A model generated the notes under the pieces. The model was not told where the DNA came from and made no database searches. It was given only the letters and a program-made list of their open reading frames with translations. From the NCBI RefSeq assembly GCF_000143415.4, contig NW_003314310.1, positions 471,904 to 535,903 of the forward strand: a stretch of 64,000 bases of DNA, read 5' to 3'. The stretch's first letter is position 1. Each line of letters starts with the position of its first letter. Shown in pieces: positions 37,666-51,111 of this stretch. The stretch is from Selaginella moellendorffii (lineage: Eukaryota; Plantae; Lycopodiophyta). The position numbers and the translations under genes are program-made.

Positions 37666-39789
37666 ATGAACAGGCTATTCTCCGGGGCTGCCCGAGCTGC
37701 CTGTGAGAGAAGAGCTTGCCACAGGTATGGATTCTTGCCGCATTTTCACCTAAAGACTCGATTTTGATGCTTTTTTTGGTAGAACTTGGTCCAATTCCAG
37801 TTTTTCTCGGATTGGATATGGACACCATCACTATGGAACTCTTTCGCAAGAAGCAGCTGCCAGTCCTCTCCAGGTACTCTCGAGGAATCTGGCTAGACAC
37901 GGCGGGAATAGGATAGTCTTTGGTTTCTCTAGAACAGGAGTAGAATTCAAGGATGGCTGGAAGAAGAAAGGGACTGGCTTTGCCGGGTGGAAGCTCGGGA
38001 GAGGCACAGGGAGAGCCTGGAAGAATTCTTGGCTGGGAAGATGCTACTACCATCATCCACTATGGAAAGTCGTGGGGACGATGAGCTTGGCAGTCGTTCG
38101 CTCGCAGTTTAGTCCCAGGATCGCAGCTTTTCTGGTCGGCGAAGCTACGCTCATGCGCAGGCTGGTGGCCGAGTCCGAGGCTCCGACGTGTGTTCCTCTC
38201 TCGTACCACTCCGATATCCAGCCTAGTTACGTGCTGTGGATCTTTTCGTCGCTGGTGGAAGGAATGATGCTGCTGCTTCGAGCGCTGTACTTGGTGGTGG
38301 TTTTCGCTCCAGCGCTCGCTGTAGCTCCATTTGCCGACCCGTCAGACGCCAAGCTGCGGCTTTTCTGGCTGGAGCTTTTTCACAGCAGTCTGGAGCGAGC
38401 AGGGGCCGCTTTTATCAAGTGGGGGCAGTGGGCAGCCACAAGGCCGGACCTTTTTCCCAAGGACGTGTGCGAGACGCTGTCCAAGCTCCACTCGAAAGCT
38501 CCGGCGCACAGCTTCTCGCAGACCCGGAAAACTGTGGAGGGCGCTTTCGGGAAGAGGATCGAGGAGCTGTTTGAGGACTTTGAGGAGGAGCCGCTGGCGT
38601 CCGGGAGTGTTGCTCAGGTCCACCGCGCGGTTTTGAGGGGCCAGGGGAAGAAGCCGGTGACGGTAGCTGTCAAAGTCCGGCATCCGGGAGTCACAGAAGT
38701 GATAAGGCGTGATTTCATTCTCATCAACTGGGTGGTGAAAGCGTGCAATCACTTCTCCGGCTTACGGTATCTGAGGCTGGAGGACAGCGTGCAGCAGTTC
38801 GCCGTGTTCATGCTGACGCAGGTCGATCTCGCGAGAGAAGCTGCGCATTTGAGCCGCTTTCTCTACAACTTTCGGAGCTGGAAGGACGTATCTTTTCCCA
38901 AGCCGCTGTATCCCCTCGTCCACCCGGCCGTGCTCGTGGAGACGTATGAGCGCGGGGAGAGCGTATCGCGCTTTGTGGATTCTCCCAAGAGATCCCACAT
39001 CAACAGCGCGTTGGCACACATTGGCACGCACACGCTGCTCAAGATGCTGCTGGTACGTCTTCTCTGGTTATCTTTTCTATTCTTTTCTTTTCTTTTCTCA
39101 CTGTTTTGGCATTTCACAGGTGGACAACTTCATCCATGCAGACTTGCATCCTGGCAACATCCTGGTGCGAATGGAGCGATTTAATCCCGTGCCTGGCAAG
39201 GGACTGTTTCGATCGCATCCGCATCTAGTTTTTCTGGACGTCGGCATGACAGCAGAGCTCTCGAATAAGGACCGGCGCACGCTCCTCGAGTTTTTCAAGG
39301 GGATCGCAATGCGAGACGGCCGCAAGACTGCGGAGTGCGCTCTCCAGTTCTCGGAGCTGCAAACTTGCCCCGATCCAAAAGGTTTTGTCAGAGTAAGTTC
39401 TAGCTCGTTGGTTTGATCGTTTTGTATCCTCATCGTTTCCTCATTTGCAACAGGAAGTCGAGGACTGTTTCAAAGACTGGAATGCGATGGATTCTGCTGT
39501 ACTGCACACGGGCGACTGCATACAAGAGCTCTTGGAGCGCGTACGCAGGCACAAAGTAAACATCGATGGCGATGTTTGCACTGTGATAGTGACGACACTC
39601 GTTCTAGAGGTAGGCGTTCTTTAAAGAGTTAGCTCCAAGGGATGCAAATTCATGGACCACTTTGCGCAGGGATGGCAGCGAAAGCTAGACCCCGAGTATA
39701 ACATCATGGAAACTCTTCAAAGCCTGGTTTTGCAGAGTAATATGGCGACCTCGCTCTCGTATACGATAGACTCGATCATGGCGCCGTGA
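37666..39789 (+). CDS. ABC1/AarF (UbiB) atypical kinase, probably mitochondrial
   Basis: AFIKWGQWAATRPDLFP, LASGSVAQVHRA, VAVKVRHP, NFIHADLHPGNILV, FLDVGM; first exon 37666-37724 splices in frame. Confidence 0.93.
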
Positions 39790-39979
39790 GAACACAAGTT
39801 TTTCGAGGTTGGGTCTCGTCCAAGTAAGAAAGTATATACGTAGCTATAGTTTTTTTGCCAGTGATTAGCAGTGTACATAAAGAGCAAAGAAAATAATGGA
39901 TAGTTCTTCCTCGATCGAGACAAAGCTCTTTTGTTTCAATTGCTTATCGTGGAACTATATCTTCTTCCTCATCACAATG

Positions 39980-41554
39980 TTATACCGCCTGCTGGAGAAG
40001 GTCTCCAGAGTTTTGTTGAGCACATCCACACTTTTGATCTCGCTGGATCTCAATTCCAAAGCTTGGCGGCTTTGGAATGAGTCCCAGGAGCTGGAACATC
40101 TGCTGGTCTTCGCTAAAGCTGTTGTTTGGAGTGGTCAGAAGTTTCTCGCCTGTGAAGATGGAGTTTGCGCCAGCCATGAAGCACAGTGCCTGCTCCGGCT
40201 GAGAGAACTTTACTCGCCCCGCCGAGAGCCTCACCATCGCCTTGGGCATGCAAATCCGAGCTGTGGCGATCATTCTGACCATCTCCCATATCTCAACCGG
40301 CTGTAGAAACACAAGGAGAGAAATTCTCGAGTTTAAAGCTTTGATGGAACGAGAAGAGTTACCTTTTGATTTTCCAAAGGAGTGCCTTTGACAGCAACTA
40401 GAGCGTTGATTGGGACACTCTCTGGATGCTGAGGGAGCGTCGAAAGAGTGTGTAGCAAGCCTATTCTATCCTCTACTTGCTCTCCTAAACCAATGATCCC
40501 ACCTGATGTTTCAGCCATAGTTTTAGCTAGTTTCATGGAGAAAAAAAACGCGGAAGAAAAAGAGAAAGCTTGCCTGAGCACACGCTTATGCCCGCGTCTC
40601 GGACAATTTCCAAAGTTTTCAGGCGCTCGTCGTAGCTCCTCGTGGTTATAACGTTTGGATAATACTCCCTCGACGTATCCAAGTTGTGATTATAGGCTGT
40701 TAAGCCGGCCTCCTTGAGAGCTTGGGCGTGCTTTTCTTCGAGCATTCCAAGCGTGCAGCAAACTTCCATTCCCATACCTCTGCTCGCATAGCCAAAAAGA
40801 ATCGAAAGTGAAGACACGACTAGCTATAGAATTCTTGAAAAGAGTGAATGATCCACACCTGATCTGTTTCACGTAGTCGAGTATTTGATTGAAGTTCGTG
40901 TTTCTTCCCACTGTGTCTCTCCAAGCCGCGCCCATGCAAAATCTGGTACTACCAGCATCTTTAGCCTGCGTAGAAAAAAAAAAGTATGAAACAATCCAGC
41001 CACAAAGAAAAAAGAAATTCTTTCACCTTTCTAGCAGCGTCAAGAACAACGTCTTCACTGAGGAGCTTTTGTCCCTTCACACCAGTGCTATACCTGGAAG
41101 ACTGTGGACAATAGGCGCAATCCTCAGAGCATCCACCAGTCTTGATCGATAGCAGCGTACACTGCTGGACTTCGCGAAAATTGTGAGCATGGCGATGGAC
41201 TTGAGCCTACATTGTCGCGAAGAAGAAGAAAAAAAGAAGAAAACTAGCGATGAGAACCTTTTGCCATGCATGTCTAGAAAGCTTTACCCCATGGAAGAGA
41301 AGATCGAGCAGCGGCGAGTCGTAAATCTCCTGGATCTCCTGCCGCCTCCAATCCGTCCGCGAGCCCTCCCGGATCGCTCTCTCCGCGGCCAGGGACGCGG
41401 CCACAGGCCCCGATCTGAGCTGCTCGGCGCTGGATTGCGCGGGCGATGGAGGCGGAGGCACAGGAGAGGATGGAGCTGGCGCGCTAGAGGAGAATCGCAA
41501 GCCCGCTGCTAGGAGGAATCGGTGGTGCGAGGCCTTGGCCAGTGCCAACGCCAT
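39980..41554 (-). CDS. BIO2: Biotin synthase (radical SAM), mitochondrial
   Basis: [64 protein letters not shown]. Confidence 0.96.
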
Positions 41555-41769
41555 TGCCGGCTAGAAAGAACACGAACAGCCAAATGGTGTGAGCAAAATA
41601 TTATATGCTAGGCTAGGGTTTTAGGGTTTTTGTCCAGGTGGAGTGGCTATGGCGCCAGCGACTCCTCGATTTCCCGTGAGGTAGATCTCTCATTTTCCAT
41701 AGCAAACCTATGGCAGACTCGCATTTCTCGATTCCAGGATTTCTTGCGCTCCTGGTTTGGGATCGATCA

Positions 41770-42148
41770 AGAAATTTGTGGCTCCGGTACAAAGATCTCA
41801 CCTTCTTTCCGGGTAAGCAAGAAATTCCATAGCATTAAGCAAGGAATTCTATGGCATTCCTTCCTGACAATCTCTCCAGGACCGAACAAGCAAGAAATTC
41901 CTTTCTGACGATCTCCAGGACCTTCGATCGGGAGCCTTCTAGCAAGAAATTCCATAGCAGTCCTTCCTTGCGAGGTAAAATTTCTCTCCAGGGCCTTCGA
42001 TCGAGAGCCTTCTTTCCGGGCAAGCAAGAAATTCCATAGCATTCCTTCCGGACGATCTCTACCGAGAGCCTTCTTTCCGGGTAAGCAAGAAATTCCATAG
42101 CATTCCTTCCTGACGAGGAAAATTTTCTCTCCAGGACTTTCGATCGAT
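41770..42148. repeat. Imperfect tandem repeat (about 5-6 units sharing AGCAAGAAATTCCATAGCATTCCTTCC)
   Basis: The motif recurs at ~41816, 41888, 41941, 42022 and 42083. Confidence 0.85.
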
Positions 42149-42149
42149 G

Positions 42150-43535
42150 CTATCCGGGCCTGGATGATCTTCGGTGGCCCGGATGAGTGCTCTCGTTCCC
42201 TCGCAAGAGCTGGAGCTGCTGCTCCAGCCTCTTCACTCGCTCCAGCACCGAGAGACGCTCTTCCTCCACGGCCTTGATGGTGGCGGACGTCTCCTCCTCG
42301 CTCGAGCTCTTCCTCTTCTCGCCGCCACTTCCACCACCACCCGGGGCCTCCTCCTCCCTGTGCTCTTGCCCATTGCCACTCCTGCTCGATCGCCTGTAGA
42401 TCTCAATCTCCTCCTCCAGCACCGTCTTCTCGGCCTCCCTCTTGAGCAGCATCTCCTTGAGTATAGTGATCGCCTTGTGGTCGTGGAAAGCCTTCTCCTC
42501 CACCATCCTTTGGTACTGCCGCGCCTCCATGAGCAAGCAAGCCTTTTCTTCCTGGAGTCTCGTGATCATGGCCATGCTCTCATTGGCAGCCACCGCCGCC
42601 GCGTTCCTCTCTTGCTCCAGCTCGTAGTAGAGGCTCTCGATCTCCTCCCTCTCGCCTTTCAATGCCTCCTTTCCGTCAACTTCCTGTTCCTGGTGGATTT
42701 CCGCATTGGCGGGACGATCACCAGTCGATGAAAAGCTCTCATCTTGGTGTGGATCCAAGCTCTCGCCATGGTCTTCCCGCCCCAGCGTCCTCCAGCACTC
42801 GCAAGCTCCCCTGCAAACTGGGCCTTTTGAGCAGTCACACCTCTCCTTGCCATGTCCCTCCCGCCTCAAGCACTCGCAACGAGAAGGAGAAGACCGAGAA
42901 GGAGAAGCTCGAGAAGAAGTCCGAGAAGGAGCCTTTTGGTGCTGCTCTCGATCCGGCGGACACGACGTGATCCTCAGCTGGAGCTTGTCCACCAGCAGTT
43001 CTACGTGCCGCCTTAAGCCATCGCTCGACGAACAAGCCGGAGGAGATGAAACAGTGACCAGGTTCCTACCATCTGCCGCTGCCGCCGCGTCCATCATGAT
43101 CTCCTGCAAGAACAACCCACTACTCCCGCCGCTGGATTCCTGCGCTCGAGGTCCCAGCACCCGCATGATGCAGCTGATACAAATCCCCTCCAGCCTTCCG
43201 CTTCGATCACAGGTGAGACAACTTCGCGTGCTCTCCTGCGATTCGTAGCGAGTAACTTGTTGCTGCAGGTGATCATTGTCCTGGGACAACGAGTGGTGCT
43301 CTTGGCAGCGATCGTGTTCTTCCGCGGCTGTTGTTCCCGACCAGCACGAGGCCAGGCTGCTGCAAAGCTGCGTCATCCTCGAGACGAGGAACAGCGTCGC
43401 CATCGCCAGGACGAGGCAGGCCAATGCGAAGTCGACGAAGGGGCAGATCACGAGCGACGATGTCCAGTAACGATCCACCATGCTGCTGCTGTGATTGGCA
43501 TTCTTCTCGTGGCATGCCAATGCTATCATCTTCAT
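42150..43535 (-). CDS. DUF593 / GTD-binding (zein-binding, myosin-binding) protein
   Basis: N-terminal hydrophobic segment; LYYELEQERNAAAVAANESMAMITRLQEEKA...EARQYQRM. Start and 3' end uncertain. Confidence 0.88.
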   Translation of the reverse strand: MKMIALACHEKNANHSSSMVDRYWTSSLVICPFVDFALACLVLAMATLFLVSRMTQLCSSLASCWSGTTAAEEHDRCQEHHSLSQDNDHLQQQVTRYESQESTRSCLTCDRSGRLEGICISCIMRVLGPRAQESSGGSSGLFLQEIMMDAAAAADGRNLVTVSSPPACSSSDGLRRHVELLVDKLQLRITSCPPDREQHQKAPSRTSSRASPSRSSPSRCECLRREGHGKERCDCSKGPVCRGACECWRTLGREDHGESLDPHQDESFSSTGDRPANAEIHQEQEVDGKEALKGEREEIESLYYELEQERNAAAVAANESMAMITRLQEEKACLLMEARQYQRMVEEKAFHDHKAITILKEMLLKREAEKTVLEEEIEIYRRSSRSGNGQEHREEEAPGGGGSGGEKRKSSSEEETSATIKAVEEERLSVLERVKRLEQQLQLLRGNESTHPGHRRSSRPG

Positions 43536-44697
43536 CGCATCGCTCTTCTCTTTCTTTTCTCTTCCATTTTGTTTGCGCGTCTCTTCCCGGAGCGAAATCG
43601 CAACCGTCTGATACCAACTGTCACTATCCGCGGTTCACGGGCGCCGACGGCCAAGATTGAAAGCATCTCAGATTTTTATTTTCTAATGGTTGAAAGGTCA
43701 AACTTTGGTTCTCTGGCCGAGATTTTGGTCAAAGTCTTTGCTTTCGCAATCCCCACCGATCGATCGAAGAGGCCTGCGGTAACATCAAACGCATTTGAGA
43801 AACTCATTCAAAGAAAGCTCCAATTTCTTTTGCTCTTGAGAAAACAATTCCAAAGAAATAGTTTTTACCAGTGGATCTAACGCTCCCCTTCTCCATTCCA
43901 CGCGGAAGATGTCCTCGCTGCTTCAAAACGATTCTAGATCCACTCTAGAACTCGCCCAAGTTCGTTAGATCAATTCTAGAACTCGCCCAAGTTCCAGATC
44001 GCCCAACTCCTTGCTTGATCCGGCCAGAGCCATGGAACCACTGGGGAAAAGAGAGAGTGGGCGACACACGAGACCAAGGGGGAGGGCCGCCAAGCACCAA
44101 TTCTCACTCTGGCGGCCCTCCCACGACACAAAGAGCCGATTTTATTCCACTCGATTTGGAGGCCCGCCCCGTGAGCGCACCCGTAAGGGCAGGGCCTCCC
44201 CTATCCTCGTACAGCCATAGCCATACATCCTTTCTCAGATCAAAAGCGGGGAAGAAAATTTCCACCGCGAGAAAGGAATTCAAGGAGGAAGATGCGAGAA
44301 GGGGGAATTTGAGAAGCAATTGCGATGAGATGTGGTAGATTCCAAGGGAACCAGGCGAGATCCCGACATACCTTAGCTATGCCAAGTCAATTCCACATCA
44401 ATATCCTCCACATTACCTCGCGCGCGCGCCATAGCTGTGGCGCCATAGCCACGATTTATATACTAACAGCACACCGACCTTTCTTGTCACGTGTCTAAAC
44501 AGAATATTCTTTGCAATGGGAAAGAATATCCTTTGCAACTCAAGAGCGCGAGATCTAACGGTCGAGAATTTGCAAACGTACCAGAATTTTAATCACGGTG
44601 CCGGGAGATCGACGGTGAAGAATTTGCAAACGTACTCACGGTGTCGATTGAGTCGTGGGAGATCTGACGGTCGAGAATTAATTAGCAAACAATTGTT

Positions 44698-46528
44698 CTA
44701 AGAGGTGGTGCTTGCCATGAGCAAATACGCAGTGGCGTTCTTCTCGTCCAGCCTTAGCCACGAATCAAACGCAAACTTTCCCACCTCGGCGTTCTTCCAC
44801 TTCTTGCAAGCTCCCAGCAGCGTGCTCCAGGTGATGACGCTGGCTGGAAACGGCATAGCTCTCACCACCGCCAGCGCTTCGTCCAGCCGGTTTGATCGCC
44901 CGAGAAGATCCACCAGGCAGTGGTAGTGCTCCTGGACGGGCGTCACTCCATACCGCGAGCTCATCTCCGCAAAGTAGTGCCTACCTTGGTCGACCAGCCC
45001 GGCATGGCTGCAAACCGTGAGGATCGAGAGGAACGTCACGGCGTCCGGCTGGATCCTCTCCTCCGCCACCATCTTCTCGAAAAGCTCGAGCACGCTGGAA
45101 GTGTCCCCCTGGTGGCTGTAACCGGCCATGAGAGCCCCCCAAGTCACCACGTCCTTCCTCCAGCGTCTGTTCTCCACCATCGCCTCGAACACCTCCCTGG
45201 CCTCGGCCATGCTGCCGCACTTCCCGTAGAAGTCGATGATGCAATTCCCCAGGAAAGGATCGCTGTCGAGGAGCTGGCGATGGTTCCTGCGTAGCTCGTC
45301 GTGGATGCTCCTCCCGAGTTGCAGTGCCGCTAAGTTGCCACAGGCGATGAAAGCCGCGAGGAACGTCCGAGCAGTAGGATGGTGATGCTGCTTCATGGCC
45401 TCGAAGAGCTCCAGAGCCAAGCCCGGCTCGCCGTTCTCGGCGTATCCCAGCAGCAGCGCGTTCCACGACACCACGTCCCGGGAGCTCATGCGGTCGAACA
45501 CCGCGCGGCCGTCCAGCAAGCTTCCACACTTGGAGTACATGTCCACCAGAGTGTTGGAGACGAAGACGTTGGTGGTGGAGTCGAGGCCACTGCGAGCGGC
45601 AGAGGAATGTATCGCCATGCCTCGTTCCAGTGCCTGGAGTTTAGAGCTTCCATCCAGCCTCGACTTCTCGCACACGCTCGCGCAGGCTGTGAGAGCCGCG
45701 ACGTAGGCCTGAGCATCCGAGACCGAGTCCATCCTCGAGAAGAGATCCAGCGCGAGCTCGGCTTCGCCGTTCTCGACGCAACCCAGCATGAGAGCAGTCC
45801 ACGAGACCACCGTCTTCTTCTCGAGCTTCTCAAAAACCGAGAGAGCTTGCTCCACTCCTCCGCACCTCGAGTATAAACTTATCAAGCTGTTGGCGACGAA
45901 GGGGTGGGAGTCACAGCCAGCCTCGGCAGCTCGCCCGTGGATTTCGCAAGCTTTCGTCAAGCTTTCCTCTCGCACAAGCCTGCCATTGATCTTCCGGCCC
46001 TGTTCCCTGGCAGCTATGTCGCCGCATGCCTTGAGAGCCGCGAGAAACGTCGTTGAGTCGGCCTGGCAGCGGCAGTCTCTCATCTTGGATAAGATCTCCA
46101 AGCCAACTTCTCCCTGGCCATTTTCGGCATACCCGAGGATCAAAGCTGTCCAAGCGACTGCGTTGCGTGACTGCATTGCGTCAAAAACTCGCTGTGCCTG
46201 GATCATATTTCTACACTTCGCGTACATGTCGACGAGTGTTGTGGCCACGTAAATGTCGCAGCTCAAACCAAACTGGACGGTATCTGCGTGGACGAACTGC
46301 CCAAGTGTGAGATCCATGGAGCTGCCGCATGCCTTTAGAGCAGCGATGGCAATGCCGCAGTCTCTTCTTCTGGTGGTTGATGCGAGCTCGGGAGTGAAGT
46401 AACTCCATCTCCAGATCTTCCACTGCTTTAACAAGCGCACTGTTTAAACGCAAAGGAAAAGCAGCAGCACACTTACAGCTTGTCCTAGAGTGAAACACCG
46501 CAGAGGCGTAGCGACCATGAAAATGCAT
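44698..46528 (-). CDS. PLS-class PPR protein with E domain (organellar RNA-editing factor type)
   Basis: 580-aa ORF 44698-46440 with P/L/S repeats and HYHCLVDLLGRS...TWSTLLGACK. Start at 46528 requires a 37-nt intron (uncertain). Confidence 0.9.
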
Positions 46529-46645
46529 TGTTGGACTTACGCTCTCGAAGGTGCGCCTTCTTGCATTCTATAACCTAGGGCGAGCACTCAGAAAAGAAAC
46601 GAAGTTATTGAGATTATAATAAAACTTCCTTGTACCACAGACGCC

Positions 46646-49164
46646 TTAGCAGCAGAATTGTCGCGGAATAATTTTCCCAGGATTCATAATGTTGTCGGGA
46701 TCGAGGCACTTTTTAATCTTTCCCATGGCAGACAGCGCTTCGCTTCCAAACTCGGCCTCTAAGTACTGCACACGAACTTCAGCCACTCGTGCTAAGAACG
46801 AAGGTATACATACCTTCATCTTGCCGACGCCTACTCCGTGTTCCCCAGTGCAAGTTCCTGAAAGATAAACAAATATGATGAAAAACAGATACAATTTCCT
46901 GAGTTCTCAACCTTCCATCGCTAAAGCTATGTGCACCATCTTATGACATAAGTGCTGAGCTTCTTCGGCCTCGTCTTTGTTGGCCGGATCAAACAGGATC
47001 ACTGTGTGGAAGTTCCCATCGCCAGCATGTGAAATTATAGCACTGCAAAGCAAACCTTTGAACCAAATATATCCGGGAATTTCCTTACCTTGGAAGTGCG
47101 GACGCATCAAGTATTTCTTTTGACGTGGAGATGCACTCCGCTAGCCTCGACAAAGGAACACAGACGTCCTGTGGCAATTGACAATTCAATACAAAGTAGA
47201 AAAGAAAGCTCCACATACAGTGACCATGGCCTCTGCTCCAGGTCTCAACGTCGAACAAGCCCAGAAAGCCTCTTTCCGAACCTGAAATTTCAAACGAGTC
47301 GGAATAAACGCGGCTGAACAAAGTTCTTGCTTACTTTCCACAAATCCTCCTTTTCTTCCGGCGTGTTTGAATAGACAAAATCAGAACCACTGTGTTCCAC
47401 AACAATTTTGTGGACAAGCTTTGCCTGTTCGAGAGCATAGTTTTCTGCAATGAGAAATTCTTAGGATTCATAACTAAACATTAAGTAGAAGAATACCTGT
47501 TCCTATAAACTCGAACATAAGCGTTGGTTGTTCAGGATAATTCCTTCCATTCGCAAGATTAATTGCTTTTACTTGCATCTCATCTAAGAGCTCAACCCGT
47601 GACACCTGCAGAGATTGGAAGGCCACTTCGCTTAAGTTGGAGAATGCATGAATACCTGGATTCCCAAATGCATCGTAGCTATCGCAACATCAGCTGCATC
47701 TTTTACGGAAGGAAAGTTGCACATGGCCACCTGCAGCAAACACTGTGAATAATTCAGACAGGCTCTGAAGCTTACAATTGAGGCTTCGGGAATTTTTTGA
47801 AGACGCAGCGTAACCTCCGTAATGACACCCAGCGTTCCTTCACTTCCAATCATAAGTCTCGTTAAATCATACCTGGGAGATCAAGCTTAGCCCATCAACA
47901 GTCGAGGTACATCTAAGAAACTACCCGGCGGCACTTTTGCGCGCACGAGATCCCGATTTAACTTGGTCTCCATTTGCCACCACTGCCTATAGTACAGAAA
48001 ACCATCAATACAAGAAAACTAAATGCCCAACCAAGCATACTTTCAAGGATATCACGTTGTCCCGCATTGTGCCATAACTAATAATCACGTGATTCAGGAA
48101 ATGAGCACTAACTGGACTGTCAAAACTATTACCGAACTGCCAACGAACCCGAGCATCTGGTTGCGCACATTCCTCCAATTGTAGCTCCCGGACCTGACAT
48201 AAACTAATGGATTTCGGATACAAGTGAAACGTAAACTTACCTGGATCTAGTGGGAAAAATAAACCGTAAGGCTTTAGAAACTCGTTCAGTTCAATCCATC
48301 CGAGTCCTGGCTCTACAACCACATCCATATCTTCAATATGCAAAGCTTTTACTTTCTGTTCAAAGAAAAACTTAGGAGAAGAGAGAAACAATTGAAGCCA
48401 AACCTTCATCAACTGCATATCAATGCTAACACCGCCAGAGGGAGTCAGTGTTTGTCCCTCTAGAGAAGTAGCCCCTCCAAAAGGAACAACTGGAACCTAT
48501 CCACCAAATATCAAAACACATTCATTGACAAGAAAGCGGACCTTGTATTTTGCGCAAAGCTTTACAGCTGCCTGAACTTCATCGGCCGACCTTTCAAAAA
48601 AGAAATTTGCCTTTTTACTCTTTCGCAAAACGTACTAATTTGTACCTTGGATAGACCACAACGTCGGGAATGTGTTTAACGGGATGATAAGTATTCCATG
48701 GCTTTCCATGGTTGAACCTTTCATCTGGATCAAAAGCAATTCTCTCGGCCTGGATAGAACTATAAGAAACTGGACATACAAAATTTTATTTACCTCGAAG
48801 ATGGCTTGCAGCTCCGAAATGAAAGATTCATCGAGCTTGCGAGCCTCCTTCGTTGTCACTAAAGCTTCTACACTGCACGATCCAGAGAGATTACAGTGAA
48901 AGCTCCATAATGCCAGCAACTGAGGTACCTTTTCTGTTCATCCTGCTCCAGAAGGGCAGCCTGATTGAATCCGAGCTCCACCAAAGCAAATGTGAACACT
49001 CCAGCGGCTCCCAGAGCTGCCAAACTCTGACTCTTCCCATTCCATGACGACGACCCACTGGAGAAAATTGGTGCCTCCAAGCACCTCCTGGAAAGAAGAC
49101 TAGCCACTCGGACACTACAAACCCTAGACGCGAGCACACGACTGGCAAAGCGACGGAACGCCAT
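46646..49164 (-). CDS. D-lactate dehydrogenase (cytochrome), mitochondrial FAD-linked oxidase, multi-exon
   Basis: FFPLDPG, YGTMRDNV, IGSEGTLGVITEVTLRL, HAGDGNFH, GTCTGEHGVGVGK, DPDNIMNPGK. Confidence 0.94.
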
Positions 49165-49336
49165 AGAGGACACCAAAATACGAGAGAGCTAAATATTTAT
49201 AGTCAATCAAAGGCAAACAATGAAGCACACTTGACATGTGATCCTCAAGAGCCAAGACTTCAAAATCTAGAGCGCCTAGATAACCCGAGAACCGAAAAGG
49301 AAGGAAAAATAGCAACCTGGAGACCAACCTCAAGAT

Positions 49337-50737
49337 CTAGAAGCACTTTCTGTGCACAATCGATGGACCCGACTCATCGTACTCGGACTTTGCAATCCAC
49401 ATCTGCGAGAAACGAAAAAGAAAAACAAGGCTGATAAGAAAAACGAGCAAAAGAATGTTGTGGTACCTGTTGGAAGGTGCTGAGCGAAGCCAGGATAGAA
49501 CCTCCAATCCAGACGCTGTACTTCCTCTCCGGAGGAGCAACCACCTTGATCTTCATGCTGCTGGGAGCCAGTGCCGTGATTTCCTTGCTCATGCGGTCCG
49601 CGATGCCAGGGAACATTGTGCTGCCTCCGCTGAGGACGATGTTGCCGTAGAGGTCCTTTCGGATATCGACGTCGCACTTCATGATCGAGTTGTACGTCGT
49701 CTCGTGGATACCAGCGGCTTCCATTCCAATCAGAGACGGCTGGAACAGCACCTCGGGGCACCGGAACCTCTCGGAGCCGATGGTGATCACCTGCCCATCC
49801 GGAAGCTCGTATGTCTTCTCCATCGAGGAGCTTTGCCTGGAGCTCTCCAGCTCCTGCTCGTAGTCCAGGGCGACGTACGCCAGCTTCTCTTTCATGTCTC
49901 TCACGATCTCACGCTCCGCCGTGGTGGTGAACGAGTAGCCTCTCTCGGTCAGGATCTTCATGAGCGAGTCAGTCAAGTCGCGACCGGCAAGGTCCAGCCT
50001 GAGGATTGCATGGGGCAGTGAGTAGCCTTCGTAGATTGGAACAGTGTGCGTGACACCGTCACCCGAGTCGAGAACAATACCTGATCACAAACCACGATCA
50101 TACAACGTGTTAGAGGGAAAAACAAAAGTAGAACCAACTTGAAGCATCATGTCTATCGCAAGCAACGAAGAAAAGAAACACGCATCAACCATCTTGTCTA
50201 GAACAAGCAAGGGATAAAAAAACTCCATACCGGTAGTGCGTCCACTCGCGTAGAGTGAAAGGACTGCTTGGATCGCCACGTACATGGCCGGGACATTGAA
50301 GGTCTCGAACATGATCTGGGTCATCTTCTCGCGATTCGCCTTTGGGTTGAGCGGCGCCTCGGTGAGAAGAACCGGGTGTTCTTCCGGAGCCACACGGAGC
50401 TCGTTGTAGAAAGTGTGGTGCCAGATCTTCTCCATGTCGTCCCAGTTTGTGACGATCCCGTGCTCGATCGGGTACTTCAATGCCAGGATACCTCGCTTGG
50501 ATTGCGCCTCGTCGCCGACATACGCATCCTTCTGCCCCATTCCAACCATGACGCCCGTGTGCTTGGGCCGGCCCACAATGCTGGGAAACACGGCCCTGGG
50601 AGCATCGTCTCCGGCAAATCCAGCCTGCAAGAACACACCCCCCGGATCAAAATCCACAAGAAACCGCGCCAGGAGCGCACCTTGACCATCCCGGATCCAT
50701 TGTCGCACACCAGGGGCTGGATTTCTTCCTCCGCCAT
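49337..50737 (-). CDS. ACT: Actin
   Basis: [19 protein letters not shown]|[15 protein letters not shown]...[11 protein letters not shown]; three introns at the usual plant-actin positions. Confidence 0.98.
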
Positions 50738-51111
50738 GGAGAAACTCGCTAGAAACAGGGCGCTAAGCGAGAGCGGCGATGTGAGCCACAGAGCTCGATC
50801 GATCAGACCTGTGACGAGCCCGGGGATGGATCGATCGATGGATCGCCTCCTCCAATAATCCCGACGCTGTCGCAGTCGCCCACACAAAAAGCTTGAAACA
50901 ATAGGGCGGTGGCCACTGTGGTCCGTGCAGGCCAATCCCAGCCGTCGATCCGGGAATAGTTTTTAAAATCGCGAGACGCCGCCTGGGCGGGAAGGATGAA
51001 AACTCTCAAAGAAGCCCAGTCAAAAACAATCAGCCCCAGTCAAAGAAGGCAAGAATTTCTTATTGATTTTATTGATCTACAAAATGAGATTTACCATTTG
51101 TAAATTCTACT

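Noticed and set aside
42174-43880. Long antisense ORFs over GC-rich genes (also over the PPR, actin and U-box genes)
   Set aside because: Expected shadow ORFs of GC-rich coding sequence.
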